From Chlamydiota bacterium (GTDB lineage: Bacteria > Chlamydiota > Chlamydiia > Chlamydiales > Rhabdochlamydiaceae), in NCBI GenBank assembly GCA_013287985.1, contig JABDCT010000001.1:86989-150988 (forward strand): 64,000 bases of DNA. Direction: 5' to 3'. How positions within the stretch are numbered: position 1 is the first letter of the stretch; every line of letters begins with the position of its first letter. Shown here in pieces: positions 19,078 through 27,835 of this stretch. The translations under genes and the position numbers were made by a program. The notes beneath the pieces were generated by a model. That model ran no database searches. It was not told the DNA's origin and saw only the letters and a list, made by a program, of their open reading frames with translations.

Positions 19078-19680
19078 ATGTCTAAAATTGAAACTATGAG
19101 TCCGATCCAAGAAACACCTGCATTCTCCCACCTTGCAAGCATGGTTCCCCCTGATGAAGTGCAAGAGCTCGCCGAGTTCGTAGAAAATACCGTCAAACCT
19201 CAGTGGTATACCCTGAGAAGAATGATGCAAGAGCAGAATAAGCGCATGTATGATGTCGTCGGTGGCTTGCAAAACGCGCAACGCGAGAAGATTTTCAATG
19301 AAAGAGAGAAAATTGATTCAACTTCCGCAGATCACCGCTGGTGGAATGATGCTCAAGGCTACTCAACGTTCGGCACAGGTCTAGCTGTAGGGGGTGCGGG
19401 ATTGCTTGCTACTGCCGCGGGCTATGATGGCTCAAAAGTTTTTGAAGTAGGGGCAAAAGTCTTTGGATTTGGGAATGATACCGTCCAAAAATTGATGCAA
19501 GGCCCGCAAATCCCTCTCCAGCTGCTTGAAAATATCCTTAGCCAAACGACGCTGCCGAACTCGATCGAAAAGATCCGCTCCATGGGCGAAATCCGCAAAG
19601 AGTGGAACGACCTGGTCCAGCGCCTCCAGCAAGCGATCCATGAATCTATGAAAAAAGCCGCTTCTCCTACTGGGGGTTAA
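19078..19680 (+). CDS. T3SS minor hydrophobic translocator (CopD/YopD-like, compact)
   Basis: aaaggag RBS. A single central hydrophobic/Gly-rich helix, YSTFGTGLAVGGAGLLATAAGY, and an amphipathic C-terminus. Confidence 0.6.
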   Translation: MSKIETMSPIQETPAFSHLASMVPPDEVQELAEFVENTVKPQWYTLRRMMQEQNKRMYDVVGGLQNAQREKIFNEREKIDSTSADHRWWNDAQGYSTFGTGLAVGGAGLLATAAGYDGSKVFEVGAKVFGFGNDTVQKLMQGPQIPLQLLENILSQTTLPNSIEKIRSMGEIRKEWNDLVQRLQQAIHESMKKAASPTGG

Positions 19681-19705
19681 TTCGGCTCTCTTGTAGACTG
19701 GCGTT

Positions 19706-20503
19706 ATGCAGTCAAAAGTGAAAATCAGCCCCCGGTTACAGTTTCTCGTCGCCGTGGGCGAATATATCCAGCTCATCGTCGACACCCTGAAAGCTACCTT
19801 CTGGCGGCCGCCAAAACCGCGGCTCATCATGAAGCAGTTCTACCACATCGGTGTCGCCTCCTTCTACGTCGTCGCCATCACCGGCTTCTTTACTGGCCTC
19901 GTGCTCGCTGCTCAATCCTTCTACCAGCTCGAAGATAAGGGCCTCAGCGGGATCACCGGCCTCATGGTCGCCAAGGCGATGATGACGGAACTGGGACCCG
20001 TTTTGACCGCTTTTATGGTGACAGGCCGGGTGGGAGCTGCGATGTGCGCAGAGCTCGGTACGATGCGCGTCACCGAGCAGATCGATGCGCTGAGAACTAT
20101 GGCCGTCAACCCGAACCGCTACCTTGTAGCCCCTCGCCTCATCGCCGGGATCATCATGATGCCTCTACTTACCCTCTATAGCGTGGTGATGGGCATCTTT
20201 GGCGGCTACCTGATCTCCGTCTTCTTCTTCGGCATGTCCCCCTCCACCTATTTCGACCCGATGCCGATCCACATCTCGCTGTTTGACTACTTTTCCGGAA
20301 TGATCAAAGCCTTCTTCTTCGGCGTCCTGATCATGACCATCTCCTGTTATAAGGGAATGACGACAACCGGCGGTGCAGAAGGGGTGGGGCGCTCGACGAC
20401 AAGCAGCGTTGTGATCTCCTATTGCTGCATCCTGTTTGCCAACTTTTTCCTCACTATGGCGCTCAATACTCTCTACCAACAGATGAATAAATGGCTGGCT
20501 TGA
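19706..20503 (+). CDS. mlaE: MlaE-family lipid ABC transporter permease
   Basis: QFYHIGVASFYVV..TGFFTGLVLA.Q......G......G..V...M..ELGPVLTAFMV.GRVGAAM.AELGTMRVTEQIDAL matches MlaE/YrbE blocks. Confidence 0.85.
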   Translation: MQSKVKISPRLQFLVAVGEYIQLIVDTLKATFWRPPKPRLIMKQFYHIGVASFYVVAITGFFTGLVLAAQSFYQLEDKGLSGITGLMVAKAMMTELGPVLTAFMVTGRVGAAMCAELGTMRVTEQIDALRTMAVNPNRYLVAPRLIAGIIMMPLLTLYSVVMGIFGGYLISVFFFGMSPSTYFDPMPIHISLFDYFSGMIKAFFFGVLIMTISCYKGMTTTGGAEGVGRSTTSSVVISYCCILFANFFLTMALNTLYQQMNKWLA

Positions 20504-21279
20504 TTGAAATCAAAGATCTGAAGAAGAGCTACGGCGCCCACAAGGTGCTGGGCGGGCTCAACCTCACTATCAATGAGGGAGAGACCGTCGTGATCATCGG
20601 ACCTTCCGGCGTCGGCAAGAGCGTTCTACTGAAACACATCATCGGCATCTCTAAGCCCGACGATGGCCAAGTTATAGTCGGTGGAGTGAATATCACCGAT
20701 CTGGACGGCGGGCAGCTGCTCCGCGCGATCAAACGCATGGGCATGCTCTTCCAAGGCGGAGCCCTGTTTGACTCAATGACAATAGAAGATAATGTCGGTT
20801 TCTACCTCACCGAACATGACGACCACGCCAGTGGAACGCGCCTGAATAGAGCCGACCTAACCCTGCGTGTCGATGAAGCGCTGACCATGGTAGGCCTCCA
20901 CGGCACCCAAAACAAGCTTCCCAATGAGCTATCAGGGGGGATGCGCAAGCGCGCCGCCCTAGCCCGCCTCATCGCTTACAGACCGAGCATCCTCCTCTAT
21001 GACGAACCGACTACCGGCCTCGACCCGATCACTTCGATGCAGATCAGCGAACTCATCTACAAAATCCAGCGCGAATTAAAAGCGACCAGCGTCGTTGTCA
21101 CCCATGACCTCACCTCTGCGCTCTATATCGCCGACCAGCTCGCCCTCCTGCGCGACGGCGTGATTGCGCACTTTGGTCCTCCAGAAGACTTTATTAAAAT
21201 CCACGATCCGATTATTGATTCATTTAAGCGGAACTTTACACAAGACCCCCTATCCTTGAGAAGACAAAGAGATGAATAG
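20491..21279 (+). CDS. mlaF: MlaF-like ABC transporter ATP-binding protein
   Basis: Walker A GPSGVGKS, signature LSGGMRKRAALA and Walker B ILLYDEPT. Confidence 0.88.
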   Translation: MAGLIEIKDLKKSYGAHKVLGGLNLTINEGETVVIIGPSGVGKSVLLKHIIGISKPDDGQVIVGGVNITDLDGGQLLRAIKRMGMLFQGGALFDSMTIEDNVGFYLTEHDDHASGTRLNRADLTLRVDEALTMVGLHGTQNKLPNELSGGMRKRAALARLIAYRPSILLYDEPTTGLDPITSMQISELIYKIQRELKATSVVVTHDLTSALYIADQLALLRDGVIAHFGPPEDFIKIHDPIIDSFKRNFTQDPLSLRRQRDE

Positions 21280-22408
21280 CGCCTTAAAAAACCTCCTCGT
21301 CGGCATTTTTGTGCTGAGCTCCATCGCCCTCCTCGTCGTTGTGGTGATGTTCCTAAAACCCCGCGTGGGCGACGGCAAGCAGACCCTTTTCGTGCGCTTT
21401 TCCGACATCAATAAGATCAACATCGGCACACGCGTCCTGTTCGCAGGCCGCCCCGTCGGCGAAGTCGTCACGATAGAAGAGATCAAAGATGCGCGAAAAG
21501 AGCCAACAGATGAGCTCGGTAGAGTCTACTTCTACGAGGTCAAGCTCAAGATCGACTCTGAAGTCAAGGTGTTCAACACCGATGAGATCTCCCTCCAGAC
21601 CTCGGGCCTTCTCGGTGAAAAATCCATCGCGATCATTCCCAAAGCCGCACCTATCGGAGTCACTCCCAAGCAGATCGCCCTCCAACCCGTCTATGCCAAC
21701 TCCGTCGACCCCCTTGAAAACGCTCTTGTCGAGTTTTCCGAGCTCTCCTCTCACATGGAAGACGCCTTCCGCGAAGTCGGCGGCTGGATAAAAACGAATG
21801 GGCCCACTGTCGCTCAGACTATCAACTCCTTTGGGCAGACCATGCATTCGATCAATGAGCAGGAAGTGGTAGGCACTGTAAATGGCCTGCTCAAGCAAGC
21901 CCAAACCGCAATGGCGCAGCTGGATGAAAAGAAGACCTTCACCAACATCGGCGATACCGTGGATAGCATCAAGAACGCTGCACATTGCCTCACCGATTCG
22001 AATAGCACGATCGGCAAGCTTCTGAACAACGATGACCTCTATCTCTCCACAAACGCCATCCTATCGAAAGTCAACACCCTTATGAACGACCTGAACCAGT
22101 ATGGGCTGATGTTCAACCTCAATAAGCGCTGGCAGCGCACCCGCATCAAACGCGCCGACCAGCTGAACGCGCTCGATACCCCCGTACAGTTCAAGACCTA
22201 CTTCGAAAATGAGATCGACGGCATTAACACATCGATACAGCGCCTCTCCATGGTAGTAGAGCGCGCAAATAACTCTGCCGATCGCGAAGCAATCCTCGCC
22301 AGCAAGCAGTTCACCCAAGACTTTGCCGAGCTCCTCCGCCAAGCCGAAGCGCTATCCGACAGCCTGAAGCTCTATAACCAGCAACTCATCGACGCAAGAG
22401 GCAAGTAA
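21272..22408 (+). CDS. mlaD: MCE/MlaD-domain substrate-binding protein with long helical C-terminal extension
   Basis: N-terminal TM helix followed by [29 protein letters not shown] (MCE fold motif). Third gene of the mlaEF cluster. Confidence 0.72.
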   Translation: MNSALKNLLVGIFVLSSIALLVVVVMFLKPRVGDGKQTLFVRFSDINKINIGTRVLFAGRPVGEVVTIEEIKDARKEPTDELGRVYFYEVKLKIDSEVKVFNTDEISLQTSGLLGEKSIAIIPKAAPIGVTPKQIALQPVYANSVDPLENALVEFSELSSHMEDAFREVGGWIKTNGPTVAQTINSFGQTMHSINEQEVVGTVNGLLKQAQTAMAQLDEKKTFTNIGDTVDSIKNAAHCLTDSNSTIGKLLNNDDLYLSTNAILSKVNTLMNDLNQYGLMFNLNKRWQRTRIKRADQLNALDTPVQFKTYFENEIDGINTSIQRLSMVVERANNSADREAILASKQFTQDFAELLRQAEALSDSLKLYNQQLIDARGK

Positions 22409-22977
22409 TGGAACCGATCCCCTACAGCCAAATAAACAAGGGTACATTCCTAATCGCTTCGCCTGAGATCGAGACCGGCCCCTATTTCCGCGCCGTGATT
22501 ATCCTCTGCGAGCACACGATGAGCGGCTCTTTCGGATTGATCATTAATAAGCCCCTGGAAATCGAACTGCCCGAAGATCTGCTCCATCTAGAAGGCCAGA
22601 CCAATACACGCCTAGAAATCCGCGCCGGCGGCCCGATCCAGCCCAACCAGATGATGCTGCTGCACTCCTCGGAAGTCCTCGCCCAGCAAGCCCTCAAGAT
22701 CTGCGACGGCGTCTACCTCGGCGGCGACCTGCAGTTTCTGCAAGAAGCAGCGAGCGACCCAAGCGGCCCCTTCCTACGCCTCTGCTTCGGTTATGCCGGT
22801 TGGAGCGGCGGACAGCTCGAGCGCGAGTTTTTAAACGGCGACTGGTTCCTCCACCCCGCCAACTCACGCCTCGTCTTCGAAACACCCAGCGACAAGCTCT
22901 GGCAAACCATCCTGAGAGAAATGGGCGGTAAATACGCCTCCCTCTCGATGATCCCGGAAGACCTCAGCCTGAATTAA
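22408..22977 (+). CDS. yqgE: YqgE/AlgH family protein (UPF0301)
   Basis: [37 protein letters not shown]...GGP......LH is the family signature. TAATG-coupled to mlaD. Confidence 0.8.
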   Translation: MEPIPYSQINKGTFLIASPEIETGPYFRAVIILCEHTMSGSFGLIINKPLEIELPEDLLHLEGQTNTRLEIRAGGPIQPNQMMLLHSSEVLAQQALKICDGVYLGGDLQFLQEAASDPSGPFLRLCFGYAGWSGGQLEREFLNGDWFLHPANSRLVFETPSDKLWQTILREMGGKYASLSMIPEDLSLN

Positions 22978-23025
22978 TTTTTTAACGCATCTCTCAGAAA
23001 GTTATTCCAACTTATTCACTAACTC

Positions 23026-23055
23026 ATGCATAAGTATGCATAAGTTAGCATAACT
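23026..23055 (+). promoter_or_regulatory. Three tandem decamers (ATGCATAAGT ATGCATAAGT TAGCATAACT) 13 nt upstream of the ATPase ATG; possible operator
   Basis: Direct reading of the sequence. The 10-bp phasing would place the sites on one helix face. Confidence 0.3.
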
Positions 23056-23067
23056 AAGGATAACATC

Positions 23068-24264
23068 ATGGATCCGATCAAAAACCCATTCTCTCCAGGT
23101 GCGGGCTCTCCCCCTCCAGAACTAGTTGGTCGAGCCCCAACGCTAGAAGAAGCAAGAATATTACTAGGCCGCATAAAGCAGAAACGACCTGAAAAAAGTA
23201 TGCTTCTAACAGGTCTCCGCGGAGTAGGCAAGACAGTGCTCCTCAATGAAATTGAATATCTGGCAAGAGGTCAGGAATATCATACCATTTTTATCGAAGC
23301 TCATGAAAACAAAGCTCTTGGCCCTCTTGTTGCCCCCTATTTAAGAAGACTTCTTTTTGATTTGGACAGAATTTCTGGGGTTAGCCATAAGGTCAAACGA
23401 GGACTCGCCGTTTTGCGGAGTTTTATTGGAACTATCAGTCTTGCAATAGGTGATATTACTATTGAGTTAGGCATTGATCCAGAGAAAGGCTCAGCTGACA
23501 GTGGAGATTTAGAGATCGATTTGCCAAATCTTTTTGTCGCTATTGGAGAGGCTTGCGAAGATCGGAATTGTGCTGCAGCTATTTTAATTGATGAGATTCA
23601 ATATTTCAGTCAAAAAGAATTGGGAGCTCTTATTATGGCTATGCACAAGGTCCAACAAAAAAAACTGCCTCTGGCGCTTTTTGGAGCCGGTCTACCCATT
23701 CTTCCCGGTCTCGCTGGAGAATCAAAGTCTTATGCTGAACGACTCTTCAGCTTTCCAAATATTGGTGCTTTGTCGGAAAAGGATGCAGCCAAAGCGTTAA
23801 GGGAACCTGCACAAGCAGTCGGTGTAACTTTTGAAGAGCCTGCTTTAGAAGAGATTTTCCGCCTCACAAAAGGCTACCCCTATTTCTTGCAGGAATGGGG
23901 TTACCAGTCATGGAATCTGGCGCATGCAAGTCCAATTACATTGCTGACCGTTCAAGCAGCTACAGCTACTGTAATCCCAAGACTTGATCAGAACTTCTTT
24001 CGTGTCCGATTTGACCGGCTTACACCTAGTGAAAAGAATTTTTTGCGAGCAATGGCTGAGCTTGGCCCAGGACCTCATCGACTAAAAGATATCGCAGATA
24101 TTTTAGATATTAAAGCAACTAGCTTAAGTCGTGTACGCGCCAATCTGATTAAAAAGGGAATGGTCTACAGTCCCGCATATGGGGATATAGCATTTACTGT
24201 GCCGCTATTTGACGAATTCATGGTCCGGGCGATGCCTGATTTAATCCTTTTGCAAACTATTTGA
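23068..24264 (+). CDS. AAA+/STAND-like ATPase ('archaeal ATPase'-type) with C-terminal winged-helix
   Basis: NPFSPGAGSPPPELVGRAP..E......, Walker A GLRGVGKT and Walker B ILIDEIQYF. The C-terminal LTPSEKNFLRAMAELGPGPHRLKDIADIL.....LSRVRANLIKKGMVY is wHTH-like. Confidence 0.7.
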   Translation: MDPIKNPFSPGAGSPPPELVGRAPTLEEARILLGRIKQKRPEKSMLLTGLRGVGKTVLLNEIEYLARGQEYHTIFIEAHENKALGPLVAPYLRRLLFDLDRISGVSHKVKRGLAVLRSFIGTISLAIGDITIELGIDPEKGSADSGDLEIDLPNLFVAIGEACEDRNCAAAILIDEIQYFSQKELGALIMAMHKVQQKKLPLALFGAGLPILPGLAGESKSYAERLFSFPNIGALSEKDAAKALREPAQAVGVTFEEPALEEIFRLTKGYPYFLQEWGYQSWNLAHASPITLLTVQAATATVIPRLDQNFFRVRFDRLTPSEKNFLRAMAELGPGPHRLKDIADILDIKATSLSRVRANLIKKGMVYSPAYGDIAFTVPLFDEFMVRAMPDLILLQTI

Positions 24265-24269
24265 GAATC

Positions 24270-24319
24270 ATATGTCGACCAAATCGACATATTCGATAAC
24301 AGCCTTCATTAGAAGGCTG
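24270..24319. terminator. Two short hairpins between convergent genes (weak terminator candidates)
   Basis: atatgtcga/tcgacatat (24270-24292) and cagccttc/gaaggctg (24300-24319). Neither has a clear T-tract. Confidence 0.3.
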
Positions 24320-24328
24320 CCGTGAAAA

Positions 24329-24919
24329 CTATGCTAGCTCCTGATCAGCAAAAGCGCACATCGCCTCAGACATGAAGTCCGAAAGATGGGGATGAAAGGG
24401 TTCCATCTGCTTTCTAAACTCAGGATGCTCTCTATAAAGCTGCGCCAGCGCCTTGTACACTTCTTGTGTGGCTGCATGAAACTGCATGGTATAAGCGTGG
24501 TGCTTCTTGATGAGACGTTGTACCTCATCTGAAGTCGGCTCAAGCTCCTTTTCGATACAGCGCGTCACCTTCTTAAAGATATCATGTGCTGTTTTAACGT
24601 CCGGCTTTCCTCCTTTGACGCTTTTTAATACTAGTTCTTCAGCTGCAAAGTAGGATTCGCCTCCCTTTGCTTTTGTTATGACCGTGGTAAAGCCACCAAA
24701 TATCTCTTTATCTTTCATTTTTTTCTGTCCTTTCAAATGTTTGATCGTTTTATCGATGGTCTCGATCAGCTGCCCTATTTTTTCCCACTCTCGGCTGAGC
24801 GCCTGTTTGTGAGAATATAGAGCTGCTAGTTGGTCAAAATCAAAGATGCATCCAATATAAGCTATGACGTATACGTTAGGGGCAAGAACAAAAAAAGCCG
24901 GGAAAAATTCCCGGCTCAC
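24329..24919 (-). pseudogene. TipAS-type (MerR-family C-terminal effector-binding) domain ORF lacking the N-terminal HTH; probable 5'-truncated merR-family gene
   Basis: LYSHKQALSREWEKIGQLIETIDKTIKHLKG...EIFGGF...HHAYTMQF....EVYKALAQLYREHPEFRKQMEPFHP matches the MerR coiled-coil linker plus TipAS domain. The first ~25 codons are encoded by the upstream gene's terminator hairpin, and no HTH is present. Confidence 0.5.
24889..24916 (-). terminator. Rho-independent terminator of the 24941..25594 gene
   Basis: On the minus strand, agccgggaa-ttt-ttcccggct is followed by TTTTTTT. Confidence 0.7.
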
Positions 24920-24920
24920 A

Positions 24921-24943
24921 CCTTAGAGGGTGTCTAGAAATTA
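24921..24943 (-). repeat. Solo copy of the 23-nt motif TAATTTCTAGACACCCTCTAAGG
   Basis: Identical 23-mer to 38731-38753 (+). An inverted 19-mer copy lies at 38580-38598. It overlaps the stop codon of the 24941..25594 gene. Confidence 0.8.
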
Positions 24944-25594
24944 AGACTGTGGCGGTTGCTGTTCCTGGTTCTGTTTTTTCTCGAGAAATTGATAGCTGAT
25001 ACCGGAAGAAAAGGTGTCTGCCATATCCAGTGCCTGATCGAGAATTTGGTCAAAATTAGAAATGTCTTGTGGCCATTTCTTTTCAATCCTGTAGGTCACT
25101 TCTTGTGTCGTTAAAGTCAAATGACGATTAAGCATGTCTACTAAATCTTGCTTTGTCCAATTAGAGTTCGCCTTGCTTAAAAAATCCGCGATGGCCACTG
25201 CATTATCATGCCACTTTTGATCCGCTTTTTTGACATCATCTTTTGCCTTTGCCAGCACAGCGTTTACTAGCTCTGCAGAGATTAAAATATGCTCTCTTAA
25301 AAGCTGTGTTAAAGTAGCAGCTGCATTTTTTCCATAGAAAGGAGTGAGTGTAGCTCCAATTTCATCTTGGTTTTTAAGAAGTCTTGAAGTGACCACAGGA
25401 GTATCCGCACTTTTAGAAATGGCTGAAATGATATAGAGACGCGTCCAAAAAACGTGATCCGTCCAGAGTTTTCTCATTGTCTGCTGTAGCTCAACTTGAT
25501 CACTCGGCACGCATTGCCCAGAAGCATTTTGTGCACTAACCGAAGTGGACCCCACAAAAAGAGAGCCTACTAAAACTAACGTTAAAAATTTCAT
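24941..25594 (-). CDS. Secreted helical protein with internal repeat, unknown function
   Basis: MKFLTLVLVGSLFVGSTSVSA signal peptide. Recurrent xxHxxxT/S helices (LWTDHVFWTRLYIIS; LLREHILISAELV; MLNRHLTLTTQEV). Confidence 0.65.
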   Translation of the reverse strand: MKFLTLVLVGSLFVGSTSVSAQNASGQCVPSDQVELQQTMRKLWTDHVFWTRLYIISAISKSADTPVVTSRLLKNQDEIGATLTPFYGKNAAATLTQLLREHILISAELVNAVLAKAKDDVKKADQKWHDNAVAIADFLSKANSNWTKQDLVDMLNRHLTLTTQEVTYRIEKKWPQDISNFDQILDQALDMADTFSSGISYQFLEKKQNQEQQPPQS

Positions 25595-25723
25595 AAGGAA
25601 CCTACCTTCTTTTCCTCAGTTTCACCCACTACCCTTATATATGCCAAGAAAATCTTCCTCTGCTTTTTTCCTTTTTTAAAAACTTCATTATACAGTACCT
25701 TAGCAAAATAGAAATGGAGTCCC

Positions 25724-27829
25724 ATGCTTAGGAAGTCTTTTGTCCTGTTTTGCCTTATCGCCTTGTGCGCCAACAAACTCGCTTCAGCTGCTGAGGATTG
25801 CGTTGCCTGCATATCCCCTATGCGTCTGGATTTTCGCCATATTGAAGCAAATGGAATAGGATATCGCACAGGCTATACAACGGCTGGGTTTTTTGCTTCC
25901 CTGCCTCAGACGTGGTGTAACTTTTCTCCATTTATCGACCTGAGAGGGCATGTCTTCAACGATGGAAAATGGGCTGCTAATGTCGGAATAGGCGCACGAT
26001 CCCTAGGACAAAGAATTTACGGCGCTAATCTGTATTACGATTATCGCCAGGTCGAGAAGGAACACTTCAATCAGCTGGGACTTGGCTTGGAATCTTTGGG
26101 TACACGATGGGATTTCCGCATGAATGGCTACTTGCCTGTAGGGAGAAAAAAAACGCCAGCTTTCGATAAAAAGCACGTGGAAATCTGCGCATTCGACGCA
26201 TTTAGCGGCAACTCCATATTGACCGATGAAATCACTATTACGCGCAAAAAAATAGAATTTGCAATGTCCGGAGTCGATGCTGAAGTAGGGTTTCATCTGC
26301 TGAGACATAGTGATTGTATGGATCTGCTAGCTGCCATTGGCCCTTATTATTTTCATGGAGAATTTGGGAAGCACGCTTTGGGTGGTAAAGCGCGATTTGT
26401 GGCTCAATTTAATGACTACTTGGCATTAGAGGGAATCACTTCATACGACAATCTGTTCCATGGCATCGTGCAGGGACAAGTCACTCTTAGCATTCCTTTG
26501 GGTAGCCCGAGAAATGTGTTTGAATGCAGGCAGAGCTGTCTGTGTGACTGCTGCGATGCGGATGTTTTGGCCATGCGCTTCATGCAGCCCGTTCAGCGCG
26601 ATGAGATCATCGTCGCGTCACGCAAACATAAAAAAACAGAGGATCATGCCATTGGGATGGGGATCAATCCTGCTACAGGACTGCCCGTCAACGCTATATT
26701 TGTAAATAACACAAACCCAAACCCCGGAGATGGGACTTTCGAGAATCCTTTTAATCAGCTCTTGCTTGCACAAGCAGCAGCCGGCCCGGGCAGCCTTATC
26801 TATGTCTTCGAAGGCGATGGCACAACGAATGGGATGAATCTGGGATTTTTAATGAAAGATAACCAGATCCTCATAGGATCAGGAAATCCAATTAGCCTAC
26901 CCTCGTCTTGCGGACCCATTACTATACCTGCCATGACTCCAGGAATGCCCAGCATTACCAACGCAGGTGATGTCATTGTGCTTGCAAACAACGATACAAT
27001 AATTGGTTTTAATATTGAGGCACCCTCTGGCGCTGGTATTTTTGGAAATGCAGTTAATGGCCTGCAAATTGCTAATAACACAATTACAAATCCCAATATG
27101 ACAAGCGGTATTCTTCTATCAGAAGTTTCAGGATTGGTGGGAATAACGCAGAACAATCTGATAGGCAGCTTCGGGATTTTTGTGAATGGAATCGATATTG
27201 AAAATACAACGACTCACTCCACCCTCTTCATTACGCAAAATCAAATAACAAGCTACTTTACAGGGGTACTGGTATTCGCAGATAACACAAGTGAAATCAC
27301 TTCTTTTGTTAACCAGAATTTCGTCACTAAATGCATCTCAGCTGGCATAGATTTAGATGCATTTAATAACGCCACTCACACCATGACAATTGCTGAGAAT
27401 ACAGTAACCGATAGTACTATCATGGGACCGAATACAGGAGCTGGCATTATCGCCTTCAGCGATTCAACAGTATTTAATACGGCAACAATTGAAAACAACT
27501 CATTGCAAAACAATCAATTGGATGGGGTCGCTGTTGGAACCGATTTAAACGCAGGTCTTGCTGTAACCGTTCAAAACAACACTTTTGTAGGCAATGGTGG
27601 GACAGGTGCGCTTGTAACGACGAGCAATAATCTTTCGAACTTTATCTGCCTGAAACTCGCGAATAACACCAGCGACAATGGGTATACACTAACTAATAAT
27701 GGTGCTTCTCAATTTAATGCGGTATCTCCCGATGGTACGTTAAGTGGACTCCAAGCAATTAACATCGGGACCATCACCCCTTCAGGAGGAGTCATGTTTG
27801 TTCTTCCAGGAAGCCCAAATTGTCCTTGA
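25724..27829 (+). CDS. Inverse autotransporter (intimin/invasin-type N-terminal beta-barrel) with right-handed parallel beta-helix passenger
   Basis: Signal peptide MLRKSFVLFCLIALCANKLASA. NVGIGARSLGQRIYGANLYYDYRQVEKEHFNQLGLGLESLGTRWDFRMNGYLPVG fits the inverse-autotransporter beta-domain consensus (NlGlG.R....G.N.fyD......R.glG.E......l..NgY.P). There is a Cys-rich linker. GDGTFENPFNQL..A...AGPGSLIYVFEG is followed by many NNT/IxxN beta-helix rungs. Confidence 0.62.
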   Translation: MLRKSFVLFCLIALCANKLASAAEDCVACISPMRLDFRHIEANGIGYRTGYTTAGFFASLPQTWCNFSPFIDLRGHVFNDGKWAANVGIGARSLGQRIYGANLYYDYRQVEKEHFNQLGLGLESLGTRWDFRMNGYLPVGRKKTPAFDKKHVEICAFDAFSGNSILTDEITITRKKIEFAMSGVDAEVGFHLLRHSDCMDLLAAIGPYYFHGEFGKHALGGKARFVAQFNDYLALEGITSYDNLFHGIVQGQVTLSIPLGSPRNVFECRQSCLCDCCDADVLAMRFMQPVQRDEIIVASRKHKKTEDHAIGMGINPATGLPVNAIFVNNTNPNPGDGTFENPFNQLLLAQAAAGPGSLIYVFEGDGTTNGMNLGFLMKDNQILIGSGNPISLPSSCGPITIPAMTPGMPSITNAGDVIVLANNDTIIGFNIEAPSGAGIFGNAVNGLQIANNTITNPNMTSGILLSEVSGLVGITQNNLIGSFGIFVNGIDIENTTTHSTLFITQNQITSYFTGVLVFADNTSEITSFVNQNFVTKCISAGIDLDAFNNATHTMTIAENTVTDSTIMGPNTGAGIIAFSDSTVFNTATIENNSLQNNQLDGVAVGTDLNAGLAVTVQNNTFVGNGGTGALVTTSNNLSNFICLKLANNTSDNGYTLTNNGASQFNAVSPDGTLSGLQAINIGTITPSGGVMFVLPGSPNCP

Positions 27830-27835
27830 TAAAGG

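Noticed and set aside
21353-21985. 210-aa minus-strand ORF inside the mlaD-like gene
   Set aside because: It lies entirely antisense to a well-supported MCE-domain gene and has no recognisable motifs. Long antisense ORFs are expected in the GC-rich core genes.
25591-25869. 92-aa minus-strand ORF in the divergent region upstream of the inverse autotransporter
   Set aside because: It overlaps the autotransporter's start and signal peptide on the opposite strand, lies in AT-rich promoter DNA, and has no RBS or motifs.
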